From positions 157,108,001-157,172,000 of the forward strand of contig CM097885.1 in assembly GCA_044892525.1 (NCBI GenBank): a DNA stretch of 64,000 nucleotides. Direction: 5' to 3'. The notes below the pieces were generated by a model. That model saw only the letters and a list, made by a program, of their open reading frames with translations, did no database searches and was not told where the DNA came from. The DNA is from Schmidtea polychroa (taxonomy: Eukaryota). The position numbers were made by a program, and so were the translations under genes. Positions 1 to 12,389 of this stretch are shown piece by piece; the first letter of the stretch is position 1, and every line of letters begins with the position of its first letter.

Positions 1-543
1 CCCTCTTTAGGGGCACAAATCTTAGTTGTAACTAATATAATAGTCCTTTTAATGCGTATCGGTTCTCATAATTATGTTTATTTTTATTGAGTCGGTTCTC
101 TTCAGAGTCCTAAATATTTTATTGTGAATGTGTGTATAGGTCCTCTTTAGGACTGCAAATATTTCTATGACCTTAATTTGCCCTAAAATCTACACCTTTA
201 TTCATTAATTAAGCACTTCAAAAAAAATTATCTAGAATATAGCAATTGTAATAAATAGTTTGATTATTAATCCTTTAATTCAATTTGCAAAATATATACA
301 AAATTTTAAAATTAATATGAAGTAATTTCAACCTAAAATAAAGAAAATATATTAATCAATATAGTCAAGATGAGAACCAAATGCCTATAAATAAATAAAA
401 TGCTTAAACATTATTCAATATGATGAGTCATCAAATCGATCTTTATCCTCAGCAAATCAAAACGAAGTAATGTGTGCATTGCATATTCGTGTATGTGAAT
501 TCGTCCGTAATTCATTATTAACCAGAGCGTTCGTAAGCTACAT

Positions 544-915
544 CAGTGCTCGAAGTGAGGCGGGATAGCCGGGATATTATCCCGGCATTGATTATGTAGG
601 CGGAATTGCATCCCGGCACTTCATTTCATATAATCTATAGGTTTATCCCGGTACTTATTTCATTTTATAGGCACACAAATACTGCAATTAAGGTCACACA
701 TAGTACATCCATATATGTATGTATATATATATTCTTTATTCTCTATTCAATTAAGAATTTCCTTATGGGTGGACACCCCCCCCAAAAAAAAATTTGTTGG
801 ACACCCCCCAAAGTTTAGCAACACCCCCAACTGAAAATTTCTGCATAAAAGCCTGGAATCCCGGGTGCCACAGCATGCCTATCCCGGCACATATTTTGTT
901 CCACTTCGAGCACTG
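544..915. mobile_element. hAT-type MITE (372 bp)
   Basis: Perfect 14-bp TIRs CAGTGCTCGAAGTG (544-557) / CACTTCGAGCACTG (902-915). Perfect 8-bp TSD AGCTACAT (536-543, 916-923). Repeated ATCCCGG motifs internally. Confidence 0.92.
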
Positions 916-1626
916 AGCTACATAATACCAAAAGTGACATCTTATGACCCCCTCACCCATTGTAACAGACTTAGTAAATTTTCCACTCTGTCTCGCGCAT
1001 TTGTAACACTCCGCAACAAATTCTAAGACCCCTTCCATCTCAAAAGCATTATGTAATTTACGAACGCTCACTAATGAAATTTATCAATTTTAAAAATTAA
1101 CGGAAATATAAATTTTTCACTTGCAATGTTTTCCTTAATATCATTAAAAATTCGAGGGATATAAAAATTTGAACGCATTTGAAACATTTCCTTTTCATCT
1201 ATCAAACTGTGATGTTTACCACATTGTCGGTTAATTATTTTCTTGGTAGTACTGTTTAACTGTCTAGTTGATTTGATATTTGATTGTAGAGATTTCGTTT
1301 TTGAATCATCATTTTTTCTGTACAGATTAGAATAACTCTGATTACTATTCGGAAGCTATTGAAAATGTTATGATTTTCTAATTTTGGCAAAATAGTTATA
1401 TAACTTCTTGTAATTCCGAAAAACTAGTGTCTAATTCTAACGATTCTGCAAATGTTTCGGTGTTTTCTACGTGATTATTAGTACTTCCAGCCAATTGGCA
1501 AGCAATAGTCCCCATTAATTGAATCAATTGAGGCTTGGATAATTCCATTACTAACTTTTTACTTAAATCGAAAATATTTTTTCTTGATAATTGTATTTTT
1601 TTTGCTCTTTTAGTATTGTTTTCCAT
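763..1626 (-). pseudogene. Decayed ORF of unknown family, interrupted by the MITE
   Basis: Three consecutive open minus-strand segments (MENNTKRAKK..., ...RQCGKHHSLIDEKEMF...KIDKFH, ...VAECYKCARQSGKF...CHFWYYVA) separated by stops or frameshifts. The last runs into the MITE TSD at 916-923. No family recognised. Confidence 0.3.
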
Positions 1627-2221
1627 TTAGAAAATCTACAAACATAAATTAGAATATTAATATACTAAATTATGATTGAATAACCTAATAAGTATAACAA
1701 AAGCAGAAATTATTACACAAATATTCAATTTAAAATAATATTGATAATCATGACAACGTTTAAAATTTTTCCAATTTAATTAGTTGATAACTAAATTTTC
1801 GTTTCATTAAAAGCAAATTTATGTTTAAACAAAAATGTGAAATTTATTTTATTTTCATATCAAATTACATATGAAAATTTGTTTTTCAATCAACACGAAT
1901 TTTCAGCATTTCCGTTTTCAATTATTAATTAGCTTAAATAAAAGGAAATAATTATTTTATTTTTGAAAGTAATTTTTTGCATGCTAAATTATTTGAAAAA
2001 AAAAATAAAAAGAATAAGATTTGGAAATTTTATGATGGAAATGTCGTGTTTTTATGAAAATGGTTTGAGCTGATAATCTATTGTCCTAAACCGGATTATA
2101 ATTTGAATTATTACTACTGCTGCATTGGTTAGGTAATCAACATAACACAAATTTGCCAAACATAAGGACAAAACTTCAAATCTAATACTAAAATAAATCA
2201 AGGTAAAATCGAAACAGAACT

Positions 2222-2690
2222 TCAAAGTATCCTAAAAAACAAAGATACTATACAAACACGAAACAAAACCACACGAAACTCTGTTAGTTTTTCTTTAGTC
2301 ATTTCAGTCCTGAAATCATTGAACCAATTTTTAAAAGAATTCTCCATCTTTTCTATGGTTGCTACAAAGTTGCTTCGTATCAATTTTAGTTTGCATTGCT
2401 TCTCTATAATTTCTAATGTTTTAAAATGAATTAGGGTACCATTTTTATGTCTTTTGCAAATCACTTTAAGTGATTTATGAAAGAAAACACTGATTCTAGG
2501 AGAGTATTTACCATCTGCTTTCTCTTCTGCAATCTTATATTTAAATGATTTTAAAAAATGGCAATAGTAAAATAAAATTTATGCAAGGCGTTTTTAAACT
2601 GCTCTTTTGAGAACCAAGGAATCTTTTTAAATAAAATTAAAACCGAATACTGGGCTTTTAACTATTCCATATAAAACAAAATGACTGTGA
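2222..2690 (-). pseudogene. Decayed ORF of unknown family
   Basis: Protein-like minus-strand reading (KKIPWFSKEQFKNALHKF / fs / HFLKSFKYKIAEEKADGKYSPRISVFFHKSLKVICKRHK...SFKNWFNDFRTEM) with one frameshift in a T run. Confidence 0.25.
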
Positions 2691-2781
2691 TAAAGTACTT
2701 TTACCATAATATTTGGTTTGCTATTTAATTACTTAATCCTTGATTTTTACAACTTTTGACGAGAATGTTTGAGGATCTAGT

Positions 2782-3720
2782 TGTTGGGCTAAATTGTGAA
2801 GTGGAGGGAAACTGGGGAAAATCGGGAAACGAACCTCGGAAAAATAAACGAAATATAATAAAAAATAAATTACCATCAAACCTCAATAATAAATAAGGAA
2901 ACAATAAAATACCCATAAAAAGAAATAAGAATAAGTGATAAATAAATAAAGCCCTTAAGAATTAGAAATGGGACATAAGAGAAATGAGTTAAAGCACAAT
3001 AAATAAAGTAGAAATAGAATAAGCAAAAAGTAAGAGAAAATAAACGAGAAATTAAAGCAATAAATAAAAAATAAAAATATCTTTAAGTTTAATTAAAACA
3101 AAAATTGTATTATGATAAAGTAGCAGTGAACCCGCAGAAAAAATAGGAGAAAAATAAGAAAAATAGGAAAAATAAATAAAATAATAATAAGAAATAAGTT
3201 AAGTTATTAAAAGCTAATATATTATAATAAAAACATAAAATAATAATAAATATTAAAAATTAAAACCTAACTAAGTCCTGATTGGACGAAAAATAGTATA
3301 TAAGAAACGCGAAAAATCAGTAGAGTACCACTTTAACCAAAAACTCTACAGGTAAAATTTGTTAAACTTATCACTACCACTTTAACCAAAAACTCTACAG
3401 ACGACATTCAGGACCTACTCATCAAGATACTCTACAGAACGTGACTTACGAACCACTACGAAGAATCAATTTTAGAAAACGACCCAATCGATTTAGGAAG
3501 AAGTTCAGTAATCTTACTCAAAACAACCTGCGCGTTAATCGATTAGCTCCAGTTTCTTTTCCAAATCTCAAAGTATGTTAAGTATTTGTGGATTAGTTTT
3601 GTATGATTAAATTTAATGAATATCGATGATTGATTTTAATAAATTTTTTGTAAGTAATAAGAATAATTTCATTTAATAAATTTATTTAAAACTAAAAACT
3701 GCCTTTCTTCATGGTGCCGA
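2782..3720 (+). mobile_element. Possible LTR plus primer-binding site
   Basis: Starts TGTTGGG (2782), ends TTCTTCA (3711), and is followed at once by TGGTGCCGA (3712-3720), matching the first 9 nt of a tRNA-Phe-type PBS. A-rich body with an internal direct repeat TACCACTTTAACCAAAAACTCTACAG x2. No matching second LTR was found. Confidence 0.35.
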
Positions 3721-3735
3721 CGACGGTACCCTCTG

Positions 3736-4950
3736 GTGATTTCAAGGATGATGCCAAATGGAGAAGTAGCCACGAGGAGTTTTTATGACATGCATCTAGG
3801 AGATGTTGCGAATATATTGGAACCGGAGAAGGTGATGATGATAAGAGAGATATTTGCTAATGCTGAAAATGAATATATGATCGAAAATAAAAATGGAAAA
3901 GCATCATTCTTGGAACCCAGATGATATGGTCGCCGGGTATTTTGATTTATTTATTTTATTCATCATTTATTTCATCATTAATGTGATTCTAAGCGAATAT
4001 CTAATTTTTGAATGTAAAGGAGTTGATTGGTCCCTCATGACGGTGCAAGAATGGCGGCAGAAATGAATGCCTTATTGGGTGTGTCATGAGGGGTGATGAG
4101 ACTCGGTAGATGAAAAAATCCCAGTTGCGAAGAAACGATTTTTCCTTCACTCAGCGCGATCGTTAGGAGGAGAATCCTATCATTTCGTCCAGTTACATAG
4201 AGATTCCTGATTTTCGTATAGGAAGTTTATATTTCCAACTGAGGTTAAACCCAGATTAGATCGGTATAAGTATTTAAGTCTAACGAAACTTCACATAAAT
4301 CGAGGAAAATCTTCTAGGAGAATCAGCATGACGATCAGAATAACTGAGGAGGAATCTTGACAATCACCGTTTGCGATCAAACCCAACTGTTTTCCACAGC
4401 ATAATAAGTTCATGAGTTATTGCCTGAGTTTGATTGCCAGCACGTTAGCGACGAAATCCAGTATCGATGCACTTTTAGGTTAAATCAGTCACTTGCATAC
4501 TGCTGATAAGTTTTGGTTCTCTAACCAGAAAGTAAATAAAACAGTAGAAATTATCAGTTACTTACGGTCGAAATGAGGGAAATCGCTATCAGTGCCAGTG
4601 ACCCGATTTAGACAGCTTGATAAGGTTCCCGATAATTAATGAGGGCGGTTGTCGTAATCTGCGAGCGACTTATCTTTTTCCAGCGTCGAGTAGATACCGA
4701 TTTGTTTTTCCTTGTGACTTAAGTCCGAACACAGCAGCTGTCCGGGGAGGTTTCGATAATTTATCCGGCGAGTAGACGGTGAGTGAAGGCCGTTGGGCGA
4801 ATGAACTGAAAATCTTATCCAAAATCGACCTGACTTAGAAAAAGCTGAAACAAAAATTAATCTCATCCATTTAAAATCATGGATAATTTACATCGTTAGA
4901 ATTCATAAGTCCTCTAGATCAGCAAGTAAAATTCTGACGTGTCTGAAAAC
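3736..4950 (+). pseudogene. GC-richer decayed coding region downstream of the PBS-like site
   Basis: 62-aa ORF 3736-3924, then a stop-riddled but protein-like plus frame (...KPRLDRYKYLSLTKLHINRGKSSRR...). No gag, RT or integrase motif recognised. Confidence 0.2.
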
Positions 4951-5022
4951 TCTGACCGAGATGCTATAATTGTTTTCGTTAAGCACAATGACATGCATGC
5001 TTCACCACTTAGGCAGATTGTA

Positions 5023-6172
5023 CACCCGTTTCCACATGTTAAAAGTCTTTATAATACATGTTGGTGTGTTCATCTATCGATGACTCACCATTTATGAGAA
5101 TGTTTATTTCATTTTTTCATTCTCAATTCAATTTTATTTATGGTTTTAGAAGTAAGTTTTTTAAATTTAAGTATATTTTAAGGCTTGAATTTTGATTTCA
5201 TATAATTATGAGATCATTATTCAAGCTCTTAAATATTACTTGTAATCAGCATTTATAATATATTTATAATATATTGATAATATATTGATAATTAAATTTC
5301 AGGTGCTTTTTTAGGTATTTTATGATATGTTATGAATTTGGAATTATTTCAATAAAATGTAAGTTATATATATTTTTAACTAAAAAGAAATAAAATAATC
5401 ACCAAAAACATTTATTTTTTTAAGAAATAATGGTTCCAATCGATTTTTTGGAGATTCCCAGTAATCTTCCAAAATCTTTATAATTTTCTCCATTTTCATA
5501 TGGATTGATGAGACGGATTTTGTCATTTTCTGAAATTCTTTGAAAATATTATTTTTTTTTTAGTTATTAAAATTTACGATTTTCGAATTTTTTTCTTCAA
5601 TTCCAAAAATGTCGATGGAACTTGTTGAATATCTTCACACAAAGGCGTTTGACTAGAAATATCTGATATGCTGTAAAATATTTTAATTATTTGTAATTAA
5701 ATAAAAAAATTCTTACATTGTCAGATCTTCACCTTCGCAAAATGGAAATGTCTCCAAAGAAATATCTGAAAATCTAAAGAAATATTAACTTCAAAAATAT
5801 TTTATAAATAGATCTTTCGATGTTTTGTCGTCCATTTCTCAAAAACTCAAAGTTGAGTTGTCAGATTCAAAATCCAAATTTTTTTCAGCCATGAATTTTA
5901 ATAATTTTAAATTAATGATATGTTAACAGTATGTTAATGACTCTCTACTTTCGGAACAAAAAAAGCTATATTAAATTTGCGTGTATTTTATATTATGTGT
6001 CCTGTGTTTGTATGTAAAATTATTTTTCTGTCACTTTCTCAATTCCTATAATAAAACTTTCTACATTCGGAACATTAAATTTTTGCACACAGGTAAGTTT
6101 GTGTGTTGCTATAATATAATTTTATCGATTTTTTTTTAGATTATAGAAACTCTTATATTGTGGAAACGGGTG
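5023..6172 (-). mobile_element. 1.15-kb non-autonomous Tc1/mariner-type TIR element, copy 1
   Basis: Perfect 14-bp TIRs CACCCGTTTCCACA / TGTGGAAACGGGTG, flanked by TA (5021-22, 6173-74). Body nearly identical to 56139-57260. Confidence 0.9.
5420..5892 (-). pseudogene. Inactivated copy of the 4-exon HTH gene
   Basis: Same exon structure as 56516-56991, but exon 1 has CGA>TGA and the intron-1 donor is GT>GA. Same terminal TCT-TAA stop. Confidence 0.8.
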
Positions 6173-6923
6173 TAGTGAAAAGGCTGACGTCACCATTACA
6201 TAACATTAGCAAGGAAATATTGAGGCTGCATAATTAAGCAGTTTGATTTCGTCATTAGCAGACAGCGAAACAACCAGGGGTGAGAAAGTACAACTTGATG
6301 ACAGATAGAGTAGGCATGCATCACAATGTGTTAGGCCATATTAGTAACATGAATAGATGACAACATTTCCACCCGACCGCTTACAACTCCGCGTCGCTAT
6401 GACAACTTTTTCCGCGAAAATTTAAATAAATTAAGTTCACAATTTCCGATTTGAAACAAACCAAATATGCTTTTCTGATCTAATTACAACTCTAATAGAC
6501 CCGTCTAACGTAAAAGGACTCCTACCACACGGCATTTCTTTTTTCTATAATACAACTCGTACATACTCTGGCAAAGTAAAAGCGTCATGAGAGAAACGTG
6601 ATTATTAAAGTATAATAACAATAATGAGAATTAATAGTGACCACCATGGTGAATAAATAATCGTAGAATAAATGTATAAGTCAAAGTTAGAATAAATGAA
6701 TTATTTTTGTGGAATTCCCGTTTTCCCCGCATAAAATTTTAAGGATTGTGTGAATTAATTTTGAATGTTTGAGGCCTGAATAAGTTAATGGATGGTCGTT
6801 AGTATGCAAAGGCGAACTATTTTGAGTTTATGGATGAGGGAGGTGACAAAACTCGCGTCATAAACGTGTGATTATCGATCGACAAAAGTTTGTAAGACAT
6901 GTGTAAACTTTTTTAATCTTTAG

Positions 6924-7685
6924 ATGACTACTATAACCAATACTGGAAAAACTCTTCGTCCCTGCTTCTCCTGCGCCGACAAAAACGCTGACATCGCGCA
7001 GCTTCAACTCTACATCGGGGCACTTAAAAGGAGAATAGATCTCTAGGAGGGTACGTGGTTCTCCCCGCCACAAATGAAGGAGGAGCGTAGTAAGATCCTG
7101 CGACTGGAGCATTGTCGCGATAGCCTCCTGGAGGAGAGCCGAAATCAACGATTAACGATAAAGGCCCAGTCCGAAGCCCTCCACAAGGTTTATACGGAGG
7201 CAGAATTGGCCAAGAGAGTGCGCGAGTTTCCTGTCATCGACGGAACAAATGCTTTTCCCTTCCACCATCTGTCATCTTCAGCCTCCACCACAACTTGTCA
7301 AGGGCACGGTCCACATCTACCGCCCATCCCAGCCCCAGTGCTGTCTGGATACCTGCCCATGAAAGGTGGCCCATCTGACCCAATTCTGGCCCCGATTCTC
7401 GTGGCTCCTACCGTCAGTACGGTTGAAGAAGAAAATCCGCCACCCCGAAAACGAAAACATCCAACTCGGGCCGAGAAGAATAGAAAACGCAGAGATGCGA
7501 TAAAGGCGCTCGAGGCATCATTATCTGCAGCGCAGTCAAAACTGACCGAAGTAGCATCTACCCATTCGATCCCCTCGAAGGAAATTTTTCACATTGTCCC
7601 GGCCAACGGCATTAAATTTGTCTCGGATTGTCGATTGCCGGTCGACATCGATGAGATAATTGTCGATGGGGAAGATTTCGCCTAG
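6924..7685 (+). CDS. EGTWFSP-family coiled-coil/basic protein, copy A (253 codons, one in-frame TAG at 7044-7046)
   Basis: ATG 6924 is in frame with track ORF 7074-7685: MTTITNTGKTLRPCFSCADKNADIAQLQLYIGALKRRIDL*EGTWFSPPQMKEERSKILRL... Followed by a Pro-rich linker and basic PRKRKHPTRAEKNRKRRDAIKALE. Alignable to 14065-14550. Confidence 0.6.
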
Positions 7686-8071
7686 AAACAATCCAAGCCG
7701 ATCTAGATTTTCTCTTCGAGTTGTGATTCAGTTTGTAAACGTCGGTGACGCTGAATGTTCAAATTGATTAAACGTTGTTGAACTTATCCTTGATAGTGCT
7801 GTAACTACTTTGTGTTTTTCGATGTTAATATATTTTTCTGTTCGATTTTGTCTTGTGAAGCTTCAGTATGATTGATCTTAGAAATCAGGTTAAACGAAAT
7901 GATACTGTGAGATGAGTGAAATCTGGAAGAAGGTCGTTCCCTTGGACCAGGATCGAACCGTGATTGATGTATGAATGGGGGTAAGTCCTTCTAAGGCACC
8001 ATGGAACCTGAACCGCGAGAGGGTTATCAGTAGTCCTAAGGTAGGGGCTCACCTGTTAGCCAACTCCAACC

Positions 8072-8115
8072 CGTGTGGGCAGTACCAACGTGGAACATCG
8101 CCACGGGCTCACGCG
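8072..8115 (+). other. Conserved two-stem structured motif, copy A
   Basis: P1 CGTGTGGGC (8072-80) pairs with GCTCACGCG (8107-15; 2 G-U). Loop AGTACCAA (8081-88). P2 CGTGG/CCACG (8089-93/8101-05). Single G 8106. Same architecture at 14829-14869. Confidence 0.65.
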
Positions 8116-8236
8116 TGGGAATATTCGGATGATCATTTGGTGTATGCATGGGAAGTGTCTGAGCTGAACCATGAGGTCTGACATGTTGATGGTTATGCGT
8201 GTATGGGTTTCTTCTCCCTCATATGCCAACATAGTG

Positions 8237-9046
8237 CAACGGTTCTTAAACGTAGGTCGCGACCCACTTTTGTGTCGTGGAGCATTTTTTCTTGGGTCGC
8301 GGAGCATTTTGACAAATTGAGGCAAATTTAATATTCTTTGAAAATTTTTTTACATTTCAAGCGAACTTTAGTTTAAAATTTGCTTGATAAGAAAATTCTT
8401 ATGACTATTAACAAAAAATAGCTTTTTAGTGATCATTCAGAAGAAAGTTTAAAAATTAAATTTGTTTATTCTTAAGAGTATTGTTTAAAATATTCAATTC
8501 AAAAAATTAATACAGAAATTTACATAATTTAAAAAACTGTATTATAACTTTCTATTTAAAAAAATTATTAAAATTGAAAATTTATATTCCTCATTATTAA
8601 AAAGCATGAATATAAAGAAAAATATTTGGATTTGGGATTTACATATATAATTGTAAAAGGCGAATATAGGCCTCAATGTGTTTTATGTGGCACCATTTTA
8701 AGTGCCGAATCAATGAAACCAAATAAATTTCGAATGCATTTTACGACAATGCACAAAAATTTTTAATTTGACGAAAAAGATCAGAATTTCTTTAAATCAC
8801 AAGAAAATTTAATAAAAAGGCAACGTTTAGATGGGCCAGGAAATTCAAGTTTTTTTAAATATTACTAAACAGGCATCATTAGCTTCATATCATGTCTCAT
8901 GGCTGATAGCGAGGCAGAAGAAAGCTCATAACATTGCAGAAGCATTAATTTTTTTGAGTACTTTAATTATTTAAAAATTTTTTTGGGTCGTTTGGAGAAA
9001 TATTTTAGGATTTTGGGTCGTGACCAAAACTCCTTAAGAACCGCTG
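8237..9046 (+). mobile_element. Buster/Charlie-type hAT internal-deletion derivative
   Basis: TIRs CAACGGTTCTTAA / TTAAGAACCGCTG. TSD ACATAGTG / ATCTAGTG (6/8, central TA). Frameshifted N-terminal transposase: GFTYIIVKGEYRPQCVLCGTILSAESMKPNK...H...KQASLASYHVSWLIARQKKAHNIAEALI. Confidence 0.88.
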
Positions 9047-11169
9047 ATCTAGTGCTTCTAGATGTATAAAATATCATAAAATGGGAAACAAAACCTTTAC
9101 TTTTACTGTTAATGATTGGCGCTCAATCAGTCAAAACAAAAACTAATTTAATGATGTCTGTTATGTGTTATCTGATGGTTTTATTTTATTTATTTACCCT
9201 ATTTATAGTTAGGTTTTAGAAGTAAATATACTATATTATGTTGATTACTATTTTCTTTTGTCAATTTATGCTAGGAAGATTTGTTGAACCCGACAGCGTC
9301 ACATGTGTTGGGCTAGAACTGATTTCTAGACCCAAACTTCTAATTGTGACTGAAATGTGTAGGTACATAACATGCAAAAAAGCAAAAAGTATAGTTAAAT
9401 ATTAAACATACACCAAATAAACAATGGTAATTAAAGGAAGAAACAACAAAAAATAAACACAGAAATTAAATAAAATTATACCAAAAGCAAGACGTTTTGC
9501 AAAATCGAACTCAAAAATAACCAAATAAACATAGAGTTACAAAAAAACAGACTCGAATAACTTAAAAGACGGTAAAAACAGTAAAAATTCCAGAAAAACC
9601 CAGAACATTCCATAAAAATGGCGATGACCATCACAAAAGCCATCTAGAACAATAAAAGTTAGAGAAAATAAATAAATTAGTACTAAAAATAAAAAAATCT
9701 TAAAAAGAAATTCATAAAACATCAGTTAAAATAAAAATAAAATTAAAATTAACATGGAATGTTCTGGAACCGTTCCAAATCCATCATGGACGTCAAATTA
9801 ACGAAAAATAATTAAAAAATAAAAATTTAAAAATAAAAACAAAAATTATGGCACAAAATTGCCATTAAAAATATCAAAATCGCAAAATAGAAAATTCTGG
9901 AATAAAAAGAATTCGAGTTTGTTTTAATGCATCAACACATACACGTGTACTTGCACACACAAAAATAGGTACATATACTGACACGTTTCGGTCACAATTA
10001 AATCCATTTTATGCCAAATTTTTGTCAACAACAAATCGATAGTGAGTATTAATGTTCGATTGTATTTTTATCTTATGATAGTAATTATACGTAATTTTGA
10101 TTAGAAAATTAATTATGTTTTAGCCAAGTCGTTTTTTGAATTTTCTTTTGGGGGTGTACGAATGATCAGCGGCGTACTGGTATTCCTGCGTCGCTGTTCA
10201 GTCCTGCATCCAAATTAACTTAAATTCTCATAGGACAACATGCAGACATGCATTATTGATATTATATTGATATTATATTATATGGTTTTTTTGTTCGGGT
10301 CCTTCGGAGGTTGAACCACTTCATGGTCCTACCATGGAGTTAAGTCGAAGAAACCCTCCGCCTGACTCTTCTTATTTATTAAAGGTCAGCCGTAAATGGT
10401 TGACTTACTATACAACATTAAGGTTTGTCCTAGTGGTCCCAGTGGGGCTGCGAAAGCAATAACTCTTACCGACCTTTTACGTAATACACAATTAAAATCA
10501 ACATTTAAAATCATGGACAACAACTCTACACTAAGGTCATAATTTGAGTAGAACTCATACCCAAACTTACACAATTCTGCAATCACATTAATGTAGCTGG
10601 TTGATCAGTAATAACAATTTTAGTTATGCTTAGACATATGCCGAATTAGGTTTTGTAATAGAAGCTTATGGTAATCGAAGTAATAGAAATGATAAAGATA
10701 TTCGGCCTACGTCTAAGTAGAACTTAATCTAGATAGGTCTTTGAATTAATTATAAGGCTAACAAATTCAATGTAAATGTAGATATTATAAATCTAACAGA
10801 GTAAATTACGAATCCAAGTGCCCATCTTAGAATATTTATAAATGTATAATCACTTAATTATAAAAAGTTTCGATTAATCATAAAAATATAAGTTATAAAT
10901 AATTACGGGATTTTAGATACAAATTATACTGATCCTGAAAATATAAATTAGTAGTGGAGAAATTTTGATGATAAATTATAGACGAGGGATAGTAATAGAT
11001 AAATTTTAGTATAAAAAGTCAATTAACTTGGAACTAGTTATATATAGGTTATAGATGCGTTAGAACTCTGAAATTATAACCCATAAATAGTACCAAGAAA
11101 TCTGTAAGAAATTTGGAAACAATGTTGATCATAAAAAGGAATTCATAAAGAGGTATATAAAGTCGACTA

Positions 11170-11440
11170 TAAAATTATAAATCATAAAATATAAAATTAT
11201 AAATTATAAAATATAAAATTATAAATTGTAGAATATAGAATTATAAATTATAAAATATAAAATTATAAATTATAAAACATAAATGTATAAATGGTAAAAT
11301 ATAAAATTATAAATTGCAAAATATAAATTATAAAATATAAATTTCTAAATTGTAAAATAAAAAATTATGAATTGTAAAACGTGAAATTATAAATTATAAA
11401 ATATAAATTTGTAAGTGGTAAAGTGCAAAATTATAAGTTG
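11170..11440. repeat. Degenerate AT-rich minisatellite
   Basis: Tandem ATAAAATT/ATAAATT-based units. Confidence 0.75.
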
Positions 11441-11616
11441 TAATTCCTTATATATGAATGCTCACAAAAATAAGTTATAAATGCTTATATAATAGTTTAC
11501 AGCTAGGTACAACTATAAATTATAAAAACTATGACTGTTAATATTGTTGAAATTATTATTATTACTATTATCATTAGTATTATTACTATCAATATTATTA
11601 TTGTTATTATTATTAT

Positions 11617-12389
11617 CAGTGCTCGAAGTGAGGCGGGATAGCCGGAATATTATCCCGGCATTGATTATGTAGGCGGAATTGCATCCCGGCACTTCATTTC
11701 ATATAATCTATAGGTTTATCCCGGTACTTATTTCATTTTATAGGCACACAAATACTGCAATTAAGGTCNNNNNNNNNNNNNNNNNNNNNNNNNNNNNNNN
11801 NNNNNNNNNNNNNNNNNNNNNNNNNNNNNNNNNNNNNNNNNNNNNNNNNNNNNNNNNNNNNNNNNNNNNNNNNNNNNNNNNNNNNNNNNNNNNNNNNNNN
11901 NNNNNNNNNNNNNNNNNNNNNNNNNNNNNNNNNNNNNNNNNNNNNNNNNNNNNNNNNNNNNNNNNNNNNNNNNNNNNNNNNNNNTCAATTAAGAATTTCC
12001 CAAGCAGCAGTAATGGATAGGTAGGTATATTCTCTTATTTATTTTAGTTAAACCAGCAAGTTGTTTGTTCAGTTATTTATACTGCGACCCCCTCTATATA
12101 TAATGTGTCTATATATAAAATTTGTTGGACACCCCCCAAAGTTTTGCAATACACCCAACTGAAAATTTCTGCATAAAAGCCTGGAATCCCGGGTGCCACA
12201 GCATGCCTATCCCGGCACATATNNNNNNNNNNNNNNNNNNNNNNNNNNNNNNNNNNNNNNNNNNNNNNNNNNNNNNNNNNNNNNNNNNNNNNNNNNNNNN
12301 NNNNNNNNNNNNNNNNNNNNNNNNNNNNNNNNNNNNNNNNNNNNNNNNNNNNNNNNNNNNNNNNNNNNNNNNNNNNNNNNNNNNNNNNN
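11617..12389. mobile_element. Second copy of the CAGTGCTCGAAGTG hAT MITE, broken by two N gaps
   Basis: 11617-11768 and 12118-12222 nearly identical to 544-915. Gaps at 11769-11984 and 12223-12389 hide the right TIR. About 115 bp of extra sequence at 12001-12117. Confidence 0.8.

Noticed and set aside
4030-4100. Minus-strand GIHFCRHSCT resembling a tyrosine-recombinase HxxR motif (DIRS)
   Set aside because: No downstream LGH/Tyr motif, no RT nearby, and the frame is full of stops.
10270-10370. Minus-strand TTAACTCC start resembling a twister ribozyme
   Set aside because: The P4 loop and pseudoknot elements are absent; it is a simple hairpin.
11078-11120. AACCC...AGTACCAA as a third copy of the structured motif
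   Set aside because: The flanking stems do not pair convincingly in AT-rich DNA, and the CGT/ACG-G context is missing.
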